The translations under genes were made by a program, and so were the position numbers. Under the pieces are notes generated by a model. The model was not told the DNA's origin, made no database searches, and was given only the letters and a program-made list of their open reading frames with translations. This document shows positions 50,225 through 63,670 of a DNA stretch of 64,000 nt, piece by piece. This DNA is from Albugo candida. Lineage: Eukaryota. Numbering within the stretch: position 1 is the first letter of the stretch; each line of letters begins with the position of its first letter. The stretch lies in assembly GCA_040437565.1 (NCBI GenBank), contig JBDOQK010000041.1:1-64000 (forward strand), written 5' to 3'.

Positions 50225-51850
50225 AAAATGGGAAGCCGGTATAGCCACACCCCCTAACTTACAAATGAGAACACCGGTATCATTACACCCCTACATCCTT
50301 CAAACTAAATGGGAACCGGTGTCGCCACACCTGAGTTTTAGATATTTCTCACTTCACTTATGTGTCGCTTCTAGCATATGTGGTGCTGGAAGTTTGAAAG
50401 GACGTAGTCTTAGCGTCTAGAAATTAACCTCTCGATACGTAATCAACAACTCGATTCTACAGCCGTACTTAATTGCAACACAAAGTATCATTAGTACGAA
50501 AACGGAAAGTAGGAATGAAGAAACGGATTTTGATGGCAATGAAATATCTGAGATGGAGCTTTAATAGTCAACAGGATATAATTTCTGAAACAACGCGTGA
50601 TACACTCCGCGCCATAAATATAGGGACAACCGTTTATTTTCTGAATTGTGCTTAATTTTCCTTTGTTTTGACTACTGATTGAATAAAACATTTTCCTACG
50701 TTGAGCCAATCATTTTGACATTTTGTTTGTGTTGATCGGATAAGTGGAAGTGGGAAATTTGGCGGTAAGGTACACAGACCTGCGCGACATATTGATAATG
50801 TACACCACCACCACTCGACCACACAGGTAGACAACGCACTTTCTTCGCCTTTAGTCAACATGGATGGATTCTTCTGAATGTTTTCTGCGTGCCATAGTCG
50901 AGTTTAGTGTTTTTTTAAAGCGAAGCCATGTGGCGAAAGCCGGCTCTGACCGAGTACGAGAAAGGGCAACTTGACGCCCTCAGGTCGAACAAAGAAACTC
51001 TACGGACGATTGCTGCAAGCCTAGGGCGCTCGACAAACGTCGTCCACGCTTACCTAAGAAATCCTGATGGCTATGGAATGAAAAAGAGCCCTGGAAGGAA
51101 GCCGAAACTCGGACCGCGTGATGTGCGGTGCATCATCAATGCCGCAATAAGCGGTGATTTGCCCGCTGCTTCCATCGCCAACACCGTGAGCCCACAGGTG
51201 AGCAAGAGGACCGTTCAGCGCTNNNNNNNNNNNNNNNNNNNNNNNNNNNNNNNNNNNNNNNNNNNNNNNNNNNNNNNNNNNNNNNNNNNNNNNNNNNNNN
51301 NNNNNNNNNNNNNNNNNNNNNNGTGTTCCTTATCATTTTGACGCGGCCTATTTTCACTTTTTTGCTCATAACTATGGATTGAAAAATCCAATTCTGACTT
51401 TGAGTAAAGATTCCAAACCGCCGTGCTCATTTTAATCTAATGTATGTATAGTGCAATCAATCTACACTTTTTTCACATCTTTTTCTAAGAAAAACACGTG
51501 TCCCTATCTTTATGGCGCGGAGTGTGGATAGGTGTCAAGAAAATGAATTCAAATTCAGAATGAGTGAGGTAACCAAGCACACCAGTTCGTGAGGTTGATT
51601 GCTGACTTGTATCACAGCTAGATTTTAATAAAAATAAGAGGTGGGGCGATACCGCTTCTAATTTAATTGAGGAAATTTAGGGGATGTGGCGATACCGTTT
51701 GCTAATATAATTTTAATTAAGGGATTCGCGCTTGTGGTGATACCAGTTCTCATTTATTCAGGATATTTAGGAGCTGTAACGATACCGGTGATCTCATTGA
51801 AGTCAGGGTGCGTGGCTATACCAAAAGGGATGTGTGGCTATAGCGAATTC
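50225..51850. mobile_element. Foldback/MITE-like element with long imperfect inverted arms built of GGTAT(A/C)GCCAC-type motifs; termini not resolved
   Basis: 50237-50332 aligns to the reverse complement of ~51730-51823. The motif recurs every ~40 bp on each arm, in opposite orientation. Confidence 0.6.
50603..51524 (+). mobile_element. Tc1/Tc3-like DNA transposon with 26-bp TIRs; transposase N-terminal HTH at 50928-51222, remainder in gap
   Basis: cactccgcgccataaatatagggaca (50603-50628) and tgtccctatctttatggcgcggagtg (51499-51524) match at 25/26. TA on the left, TG on the right. LTEYEKGQLDAL...IAASLGRS...YGMKKSPGRKPKL...VSKRTVQR is a Tc3-type DNA-binding domain. Confidence 0.92.
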
Positions 51851-51959
51851 CAAAAATTGGAGACCTAAAGATTTTATACCACTTTTTGAGATAAATAAAT
51901 TTTTTATACCAACAACTAAAAAAAATATGGGAAATATACCAAAAGTTTGAAAAATATGA

Positions 51960-52990
51960 ACAATATATTGGGTTATCGCATTAGCCCTTGCAGGTGCGCT
52001 TGTTGTGCCCGTAGTTATCGCGTTTACTGCACTTGTTGTTGCGCTTCTTCTCCAAAGCTTTCGTGGCAGCCTGACTCTATTTGCTTCGACGTCTTCTGCC
52101 GGCCTCGCTTCTTTGGTACCGTGAGTGGGTGGTGCTTCTCTAAACGCGTCAGTTCATCCTTCGTCGCGCATGAATTCATCTTCACCATGCGGTCGTACGC
52201 ACGCTAGTACATCTCCTTGGTACATGACGCATCGCAGAAAGTCTTGAGTAGTGACAGCTTGCTGACGGGTCGAAGGGCCACAGAACATAGCCCTTTCATG
52301 TCGCTAAAGTAGCCACAAAATCATGGACTTCCAGGATAATAAGATCGAAAGAAAACTTTACAGGCAGATCTCCATTTCCTTCACTTTGACCACGAAGGGT
52401 GACAGGCAACTCGGGATGATTTCGATCGTGACAACGACAGAGACAAAGCGCTTGCACTCGACTTCTTTGGGCAAGTAAGCCGTGAGTTCTCTCTACGTAG
52501 CCGACTTGGCGACGAATTCAGCCCACCTGATCCCTATGTACTTTTATACCGTCCTTAGACAGGTCAGAAGTGGCTTCTCTCTAGCTTCAAGAAGGACGTT
52601 TCTCACAGACTCTACGTTGTTGCTCGTCATGGCTCGAAAGCGTGGACGTATACAGTACTATACGCGGCAGCCCATTTGAGCTTGTCTGCATCTAGTAGCC
52701 ATTCCAGCGCCTTTGCATTGTTCTCTTCAGCCTACTGGCTTTCCGTTTGAACGACGCAACCGTCAAGGACTTGGCCAGCTTCCACGGCTGGCCATTTAGT
52801 GTCGCGATGCCAAACGTGGCCTGAAAGTTGTCGAGCATGTGACGAATACAAAAATTGAGGGATGTCACCTGCTTCAACTTGTATCGCCGGAATGAACCCC
52901 TTGTCACGGTCGGAGATGACAAATGGTGGCCCTTTTATAGAGCGTAGAAGAAAGTCCATGAACCATGAACAATTGTCTTTCGTCGTGCCT
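51960..52990 (-). mobile_element. Mutator/MULE transposase remnant
   Basis: KDNCSWFMDFL...FVISDRDKGFIPAI followed, after a frameshift, by FCIRHMLDNF: the MULE DDE core (SDRxKG...CxxH). Confidence 0.8.
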
Positions 52991-53879
52991 GACACTCCGG
53001 CGTGACGGTACAGGGTTGTAACGGTGGTACAGGTGGTAATATCACTGCCTCGTCATAGAGTGAACCAAATGCAAGTTCAATTGGGGATGATAAAAAATTC
53101 CAATCATAGCGGCTATTATCAAGTCCCACGAGTCCTTGCTTAATACCCGGGCTAGAGCCCGTGCGAACTTTTCGCGTGGAGCTCCCAAAGTCGAAAGCTT
53201 CGGATATCGAGGCTGTACTAAAATCTTTATGCCGACGGGGAGCACCCATTGTGTTCGGTCTTGGCTGCAAAGCTGGAGGCAGCAAAGCCTTTCAAGCTCT
53301 CCAAGGCCCCCTACCTCCATGATTCTGGAGACAGGTCAAGCGTTGGTGCGTACGCCAAATGGGAAAATCCTTCCTCCCTAACGAAGGATCATGAGAATCC
53401 ATTATTTTAAAGGCCCACGGGAGAGCAGAGCCGTTGCTCAAGTATCGAAAATGCCTGGTGCAATCTTCAGATGATGGTTTTCAGCAAGGATGCATGTCAA
53501 CAGCTGGAGTGCCAGCCAGTAACCATCCTCGGGGCTCAGTACTTTCTTCAGGAGTTTGACTCTCTCGAATCCAAATACTTCCTCGATATAATTGTTGTGG
53601 GTGGGGTACATTCCCTTCATAGTCTAGGATGTGCAGTTGTCTATACTACTTTCCGAGAAACTCTTCCGTGTAAGGGAGTAGTGATGTGGACATGGGGAGT
53701 GTAGTTTAGTACTCGCACTCGCCCTCCACAGCTGGTCCGCATTAGCAGATTATGTGAGCAAATTGCACACGGGAAGTTGATGTATCCGGTGAGAGAAAAA
53801 AATGCTCCTATCCCTTTCTAACGACCACGTTTTGGTCAACTTTGTCCTTTATTGCTTTGGTTTGGGAGCAGCACTGGAC

Positions 53880-56850
53880 ACAGGAGCGTGACAACAACAA
53901 ACAAAAATAACAACCAAAAACGAAACAAAAGTCAAACTTAAACTCAGAATAAAAACCAACAAAAAAACAAGAACAAAAAGAAAAACAAAATACCACGCCA
54001 ACAGCACTCATGGTGGCCACAAAAAAGGTGTAGAAGCCAGTTCCTAGCCAGGAATTGTTGACGAGATAACCGGAACGCAAAAGCGACGACCAAATTTTGT
54101 TGGAGCTGAAATATCCTCCTGATATTACACCACCAGGGGCACCTGACTTATTGCAGCCACTCCTCCCATCATACACTCGGAAAGTCAATCATCCTCACAT
54201 GAACGGGTGGAGAGGGATGTAGATTTATACATGCAGGCGGCATGGAGACAAGAAAAGCGTAATCAGGATGAGTCGTTCGACCAAATAGTTTCCAGCGCAC
54301 CACCTCGTACGCTCCCTACGTTGGCGACAGGCAATTACTTTCCTGTGCTCGCAACTATGGAGATGAAAATAGATCAAGTACCAGCGATTGCCAATCCGGA
54401 GCATGGAGATCGCATTCAGATTATTCCCGTGAAAGCACGGATGCCACAAAAGGTGACCACGTCAAAAGAGGTGGCACACTTTTATCTGAAGCGTCATACA
54501 AAGCTGGAAAAAGCGGAGCGACCAGCAAAAATTGAAATAGGGATGATCATGCAACTCGTTTTCGAAACAAAATCCCATCCACCCGGTCCGACCGGACAAG
54601 CTGGTCAAAGCCGATTTACGTATCCCTCATGTGCGCAGGCTGGTCCAGTTCAGTAGCAACCCGGACAAAAACATTATACAGGCAGCACTAGATCATTCGA
54701 TCACCATGAATGGGGTGCTTTATCTCATTCATGGAGTCGAACGATCTTGCGTTGGACGAAGTAGCACATCTACATATGATCAATCGCGTATTTGTAGATC
54801 ACAATCTTGTCGAAGATGTTTCGTTTACGACCCGATGGAGTTACCACGTTGGTGGAGAAGTTTCCGCAAAGCGAGCCGTATTGTGTAAGAAAGTAATGTC
54901 TGGTGGAAGGCAGTGCCAGACATTATTCACGTTTTAACTCGTGCAACTAAAGCTCTCGCGTTGCTGGAACTGTTATTGAAGTGTACGGCCTCGACATTTT
55001 ACACAAACAATCACTAGATCCAATATTCTCACTGATGGACCAGTGATCTTACTCCGATCAATGTCTTCATAACGTTGTTACGCTCCGACGTGGGCATAAA
55101 GTACTGGTCTCAATGGTTTGGAGGTAAATGGGGAGGACTTCTCGGTGGTGATATCAACGAGCTCTCCGTCAAGCTGAGCTTTTTTCCATAAAAGCAAGCA
55201 ACACTCCACATCTTAAAAGAAGATGGTGCAACGAAGTTGATTGCTGGTGCACTTCAGCGTGAATGCTAAGGGCTCCTCGATCATTTCAACGTTGAACAAT
55301 ATCTAAGCATTCACGGTGAATGTTAATGTACTTCATATGAATGGTCATCTTTATATCGACCACATCCTATCACAACACTTCATTTGTTGTGTTCAAAAAA
55401 CCAAAATTCACGGTCACAACCAGCTAGAATCATTTCAGCTTTTATTACAATCAAAAATGTAGCTCACAATGTTTTTCAATGATCACAACAATGCTTTTCT
55501 CCATTCGACTTAAAACCGCAGTGGCGGTGTCATGACAATCCTTTGTTCGGACTTTCCCGGTTATACAACAGCTGAAGAACACACCGAACGAAGCATTTTC
55601 AATGGCTATTTGGTTTTGCGTCTTCTCTTCTCATTCACGATACACCGGTGTGTATTCATAATTTATATGCACCGACCAAGGCCGAGGAACGAGTTAATTT
55701 TAAATTATTGCTCTCCAAAACATTCGAATCGACCGCAACACATATCGTATTTGGTGATTTCAACACATCGCTCGATTCAGTATCGATGCTTCGACACGAA
55801 CCAAGTCGATTAGCGTGTTTGGAATGGCTTACCCAGTTGGGTGTGGTAGACGCTTGGCGAATCCAACATCCGACTGAAAAAGTATTTGCAGGACCTTTAC
55901 CGCGCAAGAGTCGACTAGATTACATCTGTATGTCGGAAGGGCTATTCAATATGGTATACAAAAGCTCNNNNNNNNNNNNNNNNNNNNNNNNNNNNNNNNN
56001 NNNNNNNNNNNNNNNNNNNNNNNNNNNNNNNNNNNNNNNNNNNNNNNNNNNNNNNNNNNNNNNNNNNGACACATTGGCCATCACGGGAGAGATCGGACAC
56101 AGCAGATACAGAACGACTTCGAACATTTATGGCTAGATCACGGCATTTTTGGAAACGTGTATTACCAAATTCCGAAGATCTACAGTTTCGTCTGGCCTTT
56201 CGGATGTTGCCAGTTCGATCTCTCTTCTGGTTTTGACAAGTTATTGAGCCCGACATTACATTGTGCACGCAGCCTTCGTGTGGGGAATCCGATCAACATC
56301 TCTTTCTCGAGTGCGATTACACGGGACAATTATGAATGGACTTATTCCTTACTACTGGTATCCCTTCTTCTCATCCCGACCATGTTGGACGCATATTGCA
56401 TGTGCACATTTGTGCCAGCACTACGGTCGGTCTGGAAAGAATATCAGCAGATTATATCGGATGTATGGCTTGCTTTGCAAGCGGTGACGCTGCAATTCGT
56501 CTGGACCGGTACTAATTTTGTTGTGTTAGATCAGCGATTAGCAACTCTGGCGATTCCAGCACTTGTCGTGATCTACACCACGTTTAGTGATCACGTGCGG
56601 TGCTTATGACGGTAGTGTTACACTCAAAAAGACGTACCCATTCGGTTTGATAGGTGCTGGATCAACTCGCAACGGAAGGATCATTCGTTGGATTTTCCTG
56701 AAGTCGAAGATTATTGCTGCGCGTTCGGCACCGTCAAGTAGAAGTGCAACTGAACTGCGATCCTAGTCCTAGTTGGATGGCTACGTCCAGCCTAGTGTGA
56801 TGGACATCGCTTTGCGCAATACGGTACTTTTGAACAATTCTACAAATACC
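53880..56850 (+). mobile_element. Decayed LINE (APE-endonuclease type) retrotransposon; RT region falls in or is lost at gap 55968-56067
   Basis: APE motifs in order: TVNVN (~55310), ICCVQKTK, SGGVMTIL, IHNLYAPT, IVFGDFN, VVDAWRIQHP, SRLDYI. The 3' end is homologous to the relic at ~2900-3130. Confidence 0.85.
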
Positions 56851-57163
56851 ACATCATTTGAACGCTAGACACAGTCTCGTATTGTGGTGGTTTGAGGCTA
56901 CCGCAATACAGAACGATCATCGAGAAGACATATTATCATCTCTCGCAGGTGTTCCCACGACAGGTTTCTCGGACACGCGTCTACCTACATTCTCTTATGC
57001 ACCATTCTGATGGATGAGACCAAGTTTGAACCTTGACATAGATACAATACATTACGTCGAAAAGTATGATGCTACGTAGCCCTCGGACAAATGTTGCCTG
57101 ATACAACCACCTCGATTCCAAACGTAGATACATCACAATACTCTAAGTGCTATATCTGCAGGC

Positions 57164-60100
57164 TTAACGTGCGCGTTTATAGCCTTTTCTTGGCCGTGAT
57201 TGTTGATGAGAATATCTCAACGCCCTTTTCTTTCTCGGTTTTGTAGATGTGTTGACTCCTACGTTCCAATCGTCATCATCATCAAAGTCTTCGAAACTCT
57301 CCGATGAGCTGCTATCACTGCTTTCATCATCCCAGCTAACTTCTTCCACTTCTTCACTTGTGCTACACTGAGAATCATGCGCAATGGATCGCAAGCTTTT
57401 CTTTGCATTTTTAGTTGGATGCCCTGTTTCGTTGGCGGAGTCTGCATGACGGCGCTTTCGCTTTGACTGCACATTTTCATCCACGAGATCAGACAATATT
57501 TTGAGAGTTGCTTGTTGCAATTCCATTGCAAATATTCCGATATCTGATGAAACACCATTGTACTCGATCGCGTTTTGGAAAACTTGACAAAGGTCATTCT
57601 ATGTGGAGAGAAACGTTGGAGTCTGGTTATCAAAGCAATAGGAGTAGCATGCAATACCAGATAAGAGGAGAAGGTCCGATACGAGCTGATTCTGTCCAGC
57701 ATTGTTCCAAAGTCCATCGGATCTTTGATGCGCTTTGAGTATCCTGGAGCAATGTCATCTGTCACCGGAGCGGCAAATATGTTAAACTGGTCGGCAGCCA
57801 TCAGTGCTTCATGCAGATCGTTCAGCAATACTTGTAAATCCTCGAAATTCTTCGTGCTCACGAAATCGCGTTGACTTGTCGTCAATTTCTGCCAAAATTC
57901 TTCCAATGATAAAGCTCTATTATGCTCCTGCTCGAGATTGGTATCATCATTCGCCTCCTCTGTATGCGAATTCTGCGCGAATGGAACGGCTTCTTCCGCA
58001 CAGAAGCTTGCTTGATCGGCATCCAGTTCCGGATGACTACTGCGCAAGTTCCCGGACACGTTGGAAGCATTCCTTGCTTCTTCCCCCGCATCAAACTCGC
58101 GGTCAGGTTGTTGTGCGTCGTTGGTAGTTGGTATTTCATCATGGACCAAGGTCCTCTCGATTGTTGGCCGTATCATCAAGCTTGGATCCGATCCAGGGAG
58201 TAGGTAATGCGGAAAACACCGCTGAATATGAGCTGACAAAGTGTTACATATGGTCCTCGCATTCTGCGCTATGGTGCTACTGTCCACGTTGTAGAGTTCA
58301 CAGTTGCTCGTCAATAACTTGGCATCAGCAAGGAGAGCCTCCGCCTGCCGATAATAACCAAGTCGAATGCGCTCTCGAATCTGAGTGAGATTGATCGGAT
58401 TAGCTATTGTGATCAGATAATCCAAGAAAGATTCATCAACCGCATCGACAAAGTCGCGAGAAATTGATAGTTCCATAATATTATTGATCTCTGAAAGTAA
58501 TGCAAGCCGCACGGTACCATCGAGTCGTCTAGAACGAAAGAGTACAGACTCTTCCCTTTCATAATCTCTCCTCTGTTTGTCTTCCCGACGTCGTGTGTCT
58601 AGAGGTTCCAGCTCCCACGGGCTCACAAAACATTCCCCATTGTCGCCATCATCCCAACTCACTTTTATGCATTCATACGATGAGCACGAAATCCCTTCAG
58701 CGGTGCTTTTGTGTACGTTAATCGCAGAGATAGTGCCACAAGAAAGCTTTGACTCGATTTCCATTCCATACTTATCCAGAAGAACAAACGGAGTCTCAAC
58801 GCGGTCTCCAAGCTTCCATTTATGATTGACACCATTCATGTACTGGTAATCCAGGATTAGAAAATTAGCCACATCGTGAGAGTGATACTGCAGCTTGAAT
58901 TGGAAGTGCCGGGTAGTATCGTTTAGACACGTTTGGAGATTCTCGTCCACACTTTGGAAGGTCCTAAAGTAAGACGCAAAGTCTTGATCCAGAGCTTCCA
59001 TTTGATATCTTCCATTTGTATCCCATCCTCGGTTCGATTCTTCCAAGCTTGTAGAAATACGTGACGTTGGAACAGCCAAAACAGAAAGTGTAAGCTCACA
59101 TCGAATAGTTTGAGTCTGGTCGTATTCCTCAATTGCTGGGAAGACGTAGTCAATGTTGATCACTTTGCATCTGACCGCGAAATGACACGCTATACGAGGG
59201 GAAATAGGATTACGATCGTTCCCCGAGCTAAAACATCGGAGATAGGCTTGATGTCCCTGTGGAAAATAGACGACAAAGTCCCCAACCTGCGGGACATATT
59301 GTTGTTTCCCTGATAAATCCACTTGCTGTAGCCATTCTCGATGAAATTGTAGACCAAAGCGTTTAGAAACCGATTCCGCTTGGACTGTTAGTCGTGTGCT
59401 TGCACTGTTGTCGTCATGTTGCTCGTGTGATGGGCAGTAAAATTCGGTCTGATTTAGACTCCACCCACAAGTCAGAGCACATTTCCAATGATAAACACTC
59501 CGACACTCGGGTACACAGCACCCTATAGTCGCACCCTTGATGTGGCATATAGAGCACTCCAACTTTCGACCTCTTCGAATCTCTTTGGCCACGTTATACC
59601 ACAATCCGTCTCGATGAAAACACAATGGTGAGGCAATGGCACATTGCTCATGTACAAATAAACGTTGAGATCCGTTTATCAATGGATGTACGCCCATGCT
59701 CTCGCTTGGAAGCTTCATAATTCCTCCATCATCGCTATGTCCACAAAATGCACATACGATCAACGAGTCCATTGCATTAGCACTCGTATTTTGTCGACGA
59801 CGAAATATGGACTGTTCGCGATCGCTTAACATTTCGTCGTAAGTCAGCCCTTGATCAAATTCATCACGGATATTGTCTTGCATCAGCTCTTCGTCTGATT
59901 CCTCCATAGAATCCCGTGGTTGATCATAAGCAGTGATGGAAGATTCAACCGGTGTGGATGCTGTACTGGTGACATCCTGAGGACTTGAATCGATCAGTGT
60001 ATCTATTTCCGGGCCCACAGCTGTAGCCTCAACATCCCTTTGCGCTTCACTTGTATCGTTACCATCAAGAGATCGATGAGATTGATCGTGGCGACGACGA

Positions 60101-63100
60101 AGACGTAGTGAAGATCTGTTGGTTGCATCTCGTTGTTGGTCTACTCTACGATGACTTCGCAGTCGACGGTGTAGAGTTCCTTCATGAGAATGAGACGTAT
60201 CGTCCGATACGATGTCATCGCTAAGAAAATCGTCTCCATTCAATTCGCCATCCTCGTCTTCATCTTCATCCTCGACGCTTTCCACATCGCGAGAGCCTCT
60301 CTCCCGAATGCCAACTTCAAAGTCTTCATCTGTAGAGTCATCATCACTTGAGATTTCTAGCTGTAGGATTGAAGTATCTCTCTCTTCAATTGGCCGAAGA
60401 TCTCTTCCACCACGTCCAACTGTTCGTCGGTTATTAGAATGGAATCTGTGTACATTAGTCTGTCCAAAGTTTTCCAATAATGAAGTGTCACGTTCAGTTG
60501 CTCGTGAGGTCGGCAGCCTCGTCATTGCGCTCAAAGTACTGGATGAAAGGGCTTCGTTTTCGTCCGCTCGAGTGGGCATGATAGCACACGGAAAGTCTTC
60601 TTCATCCGTGTCTTCAGAGTCGACCCGGGATACACCGCATTTCAATTCTGATTCCTGAGCCTGTTTGATTCGTTCTTTTCTTTGTTCTTCGTAAGTTGTT
60701 GTCAAAACTCCACACGGTAAAAGATAAGGAGGCTGATGGGCGTACTCTATCCGATAAATGTCAACAAGAGGACCTGCTTCCATCAAAGTGGGACTGATTT
60801 GTGTTTCTCGGTCAATAACATTCATAAATCGATCCGTTTCCAAAGTCGCGTAATCGCTTTTGAAATATTGTTCCACAGGAGCCACCGCATAAGAGTCACC
60901 ACTACCAAGCCCGAAAATCAGCAAACGACCAAGACGATCCGTAAAGCAGAATCCACTTCCATCAGGTATGAATCCGCCGTCCAACAAAGGGATGCAGTCC
61001 TCGTTCATAGACGAATTTGTATATCGTTTGAGCAGCCGACCAGAAGAGATATCCCATAGACAGATACGGCCATCATACCCAGCAGTAACAGCTAATCGCC
61101 AGTCATGAGGATGCACATCCAGCGCAAAGACAGCGTTTACGTGACCATGTTGTCGAGCCGAATCCATCGCAGCAAGCGTGTGCACCTCAGTTCCTTTATT
61201 TGAGTCCCAAATTCTGATCCGCTGTTTCCAGTCTGCAGTCTCTTGATGCGTTTCAGGCTTGATGCTGTGTAATGTGATCAAGCGTTTATCGTCCTTTGTC
61301 CAGCAAAGTGTATCAACCGCTGGCGTTTTCGACCTACGGCATCGACCGGAACCATCTTGCGCTTTGTATGGCTCGTGGGTGAAAAGGACTTTGTGCGTCA
61401 GATTTGAATGTATGTTATCCGGATTGTGAAACTGGTTTGGATCATACAGCCAGATCCTTGCTGTGCCATCTTTGATAGAAGCTGTTGCTATCTGAGTCCC
61501 GTCATTGCTGAACAAAATGTTTGTAATCGGACCCGTGTGACCTCGCATGTAAGCTACCGGTTCTCCGTTTGGTAATTTTGGAACAAGATTCCCATTGATA
61601 GACCACACACTTTCACGTAATCTTTCGGGCGGTTGCAGCTGTGTCCTTGAGTTCCTTGCATCAACAGCGGAATTGGAAGGCGTAGATGTATCAAAGGCAG
61701 GTAAGATTGCTCGTCTCATAGTGATGGACTCGAATTCCGTGGAAAGAGCAGGGGTTTCGTGACGATCAGAGCCATCGTTAATCTCTTCACTTGGGGCAAG
61801 ATTTGATTGAGATGAACCAGCTTCGTCAGGTACAGGTTGTCCATGAGCATTCTCAAAACCCTGCATGGCCTCGTTTTGAATGGGAATGCTCACATTTGGA
61901 TCGGATAATACTGACACATCCCAAACTCGAGCGATGCCGTCCTGTCCGCCCGTGATGATATATTTACCGCAGCGGCTACGCATCGAAAGAATGAGAATGA
62001 TCCTATTAGAGATGCGTATTCGCTTCCACACACCTGAACGCTAGACAAAGCACTTTGTTTGAACGAGTGGAATGGTGATTGTAGTGACTAAGTGAATATA
62101 TCGGACGGAGGCTGAGACAAAAAGCGTTCATGCTTATAAGTCGTTGTGCGATCTGCTGTCTGGTCTCATACTGTCCTGCCTGCTTCGTAGGCAAATCAGG
62201 AAGTTTATAGCAAAAACATCGGCCGTCATCTGACGCGCTGAGGACAACATTCTGCCTGGGATGGAATCGAACACAATTCACAACACTAGAATGACCAATT
62301 AGCACAGCAACGGGTGCACCAGAGCCAAGTTCCCAAATCCGAATGGTCTTGTCATCTGATGAGGACGCTAACAATGTATCAGAGGAATTCACTGCAAGAT
62401 CAGTGACGTTCCCATTGTGACCACGAAGAGTATACCGCAAGTACCCAGTTTGCAAACACCATATCTTGATCAATCTATGCAGTACATTGAGCGACTCGAT
62501 GCAATTGTGTCAGGGCTTCTTCTTACCTGTCATCAGCGCCCGTGATTGCAAATTTGCCAGCATTATCATACGTCAAGCAATAAGCGGGAATTTGAAGATG
62601 GCCATTGACAACTTTAAGTCGGCGAAAACGGCTGTAGAGATGTGGTGAAAGCGCTGAGTCCATATTATTTTGGACCTTTTGCTTGCTTCCTATCTCACGA
62701 CGACAGAGACGATGTATCTGGTTATGACCGGATCGCGTATGGCTTCGGAGAAGTCGATTACGATATATAAGTTGTTCAAGTTCTCGAAACTCATTGGCCA
62801 GATTCTGCTCAGATTGACGTAGATGCAAAAGCTGCTTCATAGCCCGCACATCAGCTGCCAATTTGGTCGCTGTTGACTCTTTCTGCTCCGCTTGCTGGCC
62901 GTTCAGCGCTGTTTGTAGCTCTATAGAAAGGTCTTCAGCCGTAACTGCATTTTTGAACTGCTGCATTCCCTCAAATCGATCCAATAAACGCTGTACCAAA
63001 AGAATGGATCGACGTAACTTTCTGCCTCTAAAGTTCGTCTCTACGAGCTTTTTTGCGACTCTTTTTCGCTCCTGTACGCTAAGCGTACTTCCAGCAGCAG

Positions 63101-63670
63101 GTCTAATTGGATTCATCAAAAGAGATCGAGGCTTCATATTGATGTCGCCTTCCTTATCTATGCCAGTATCCTCCTTCCGCGCAAGCGATAATAGCTGCAC
63201 CAAATGTGTCGAAGGTAAATTTTGATGACGCAAATGATAGTCCTCATACGTCGCCCGTACACGATCTCCTTTCCACGTCAATCTATCCTTCAGTAAATGA
63301 TGTTCTTCCAGCTCTTGGATGAGTGCATTGGCAGCTTTTTCACAAGGAGTCTCATGCTTCAAGAAGTTTGCGAGCAGGAAGAGAAGCTCTATTCGGTGAA
63401 AAAGAGTATGAGAAATGTACATAGAGCTCTTGTCTGCTTCAAACTACCTGATCGGTCTACTTGATCCATATATGACTTGCCATCTGCTGTTGCCCGAGCT
63501 AGAGAGAGATCTGTTGTAGCTCCTTGGAAATCTCTAGCTGCGGTGTTGCTACATTGATTGAGAGTGCTTGATAATGAAAGGTTTTCGTCGGTTTCTGCAT
63601 GATCGTCTTGATCCATTCGACAGGAATCAATCTGTTCTTGAGCTGCCTGCGCAACCTCGGAATCATTCAT
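57164..63670 (-). CDS. BRWD/PHIP-like bromodomain and WD-repeat protein with an internal extended PHD finger; multi-exon
   Basis: ELLFLLANFL N-terminal motif; GHLQIPAYCLTYD...ITGADDR-IKIW; HPHDWRLAVTAGYDG; EQYFKSDY; YVPQVGDFVVYFPQGH; VSPWELE; two bromodomains (DYLITIANPINL, FAAPV...PGYSKRIKDPMDF). Confidence 0.92.

Larger units (their letters stand above)
4065..56067. other. Thirteen 100-N scaffold gaps starting at 4065, 10112, 16492, 17787, 18266, 22578, 25328, 37640, 42393, 45790, 49210, 51223, 55968
   Basis: Directly visible. Eight gaps (4065, 10112, 16492, 17787, 18266, 22578, 42393, 45790) have the same sequence on both sides. Confidence 0.98.

Noticed and set aside
53808..54188. 126-aa hydrophobic minus-strand ORF
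   Set aside because: It is the antisense reading of an A-rich low-complexity tract at the LINE 5' region.
63390..63480. Second GC-AG intron (G|GCAAGT) in the first intron of the BRWD gene
   Set aside because: A canonical CAG|GTAGTT donor in the same phase gives a 59-nt intron and the conserved SELLFLL motif, so GC is not required.
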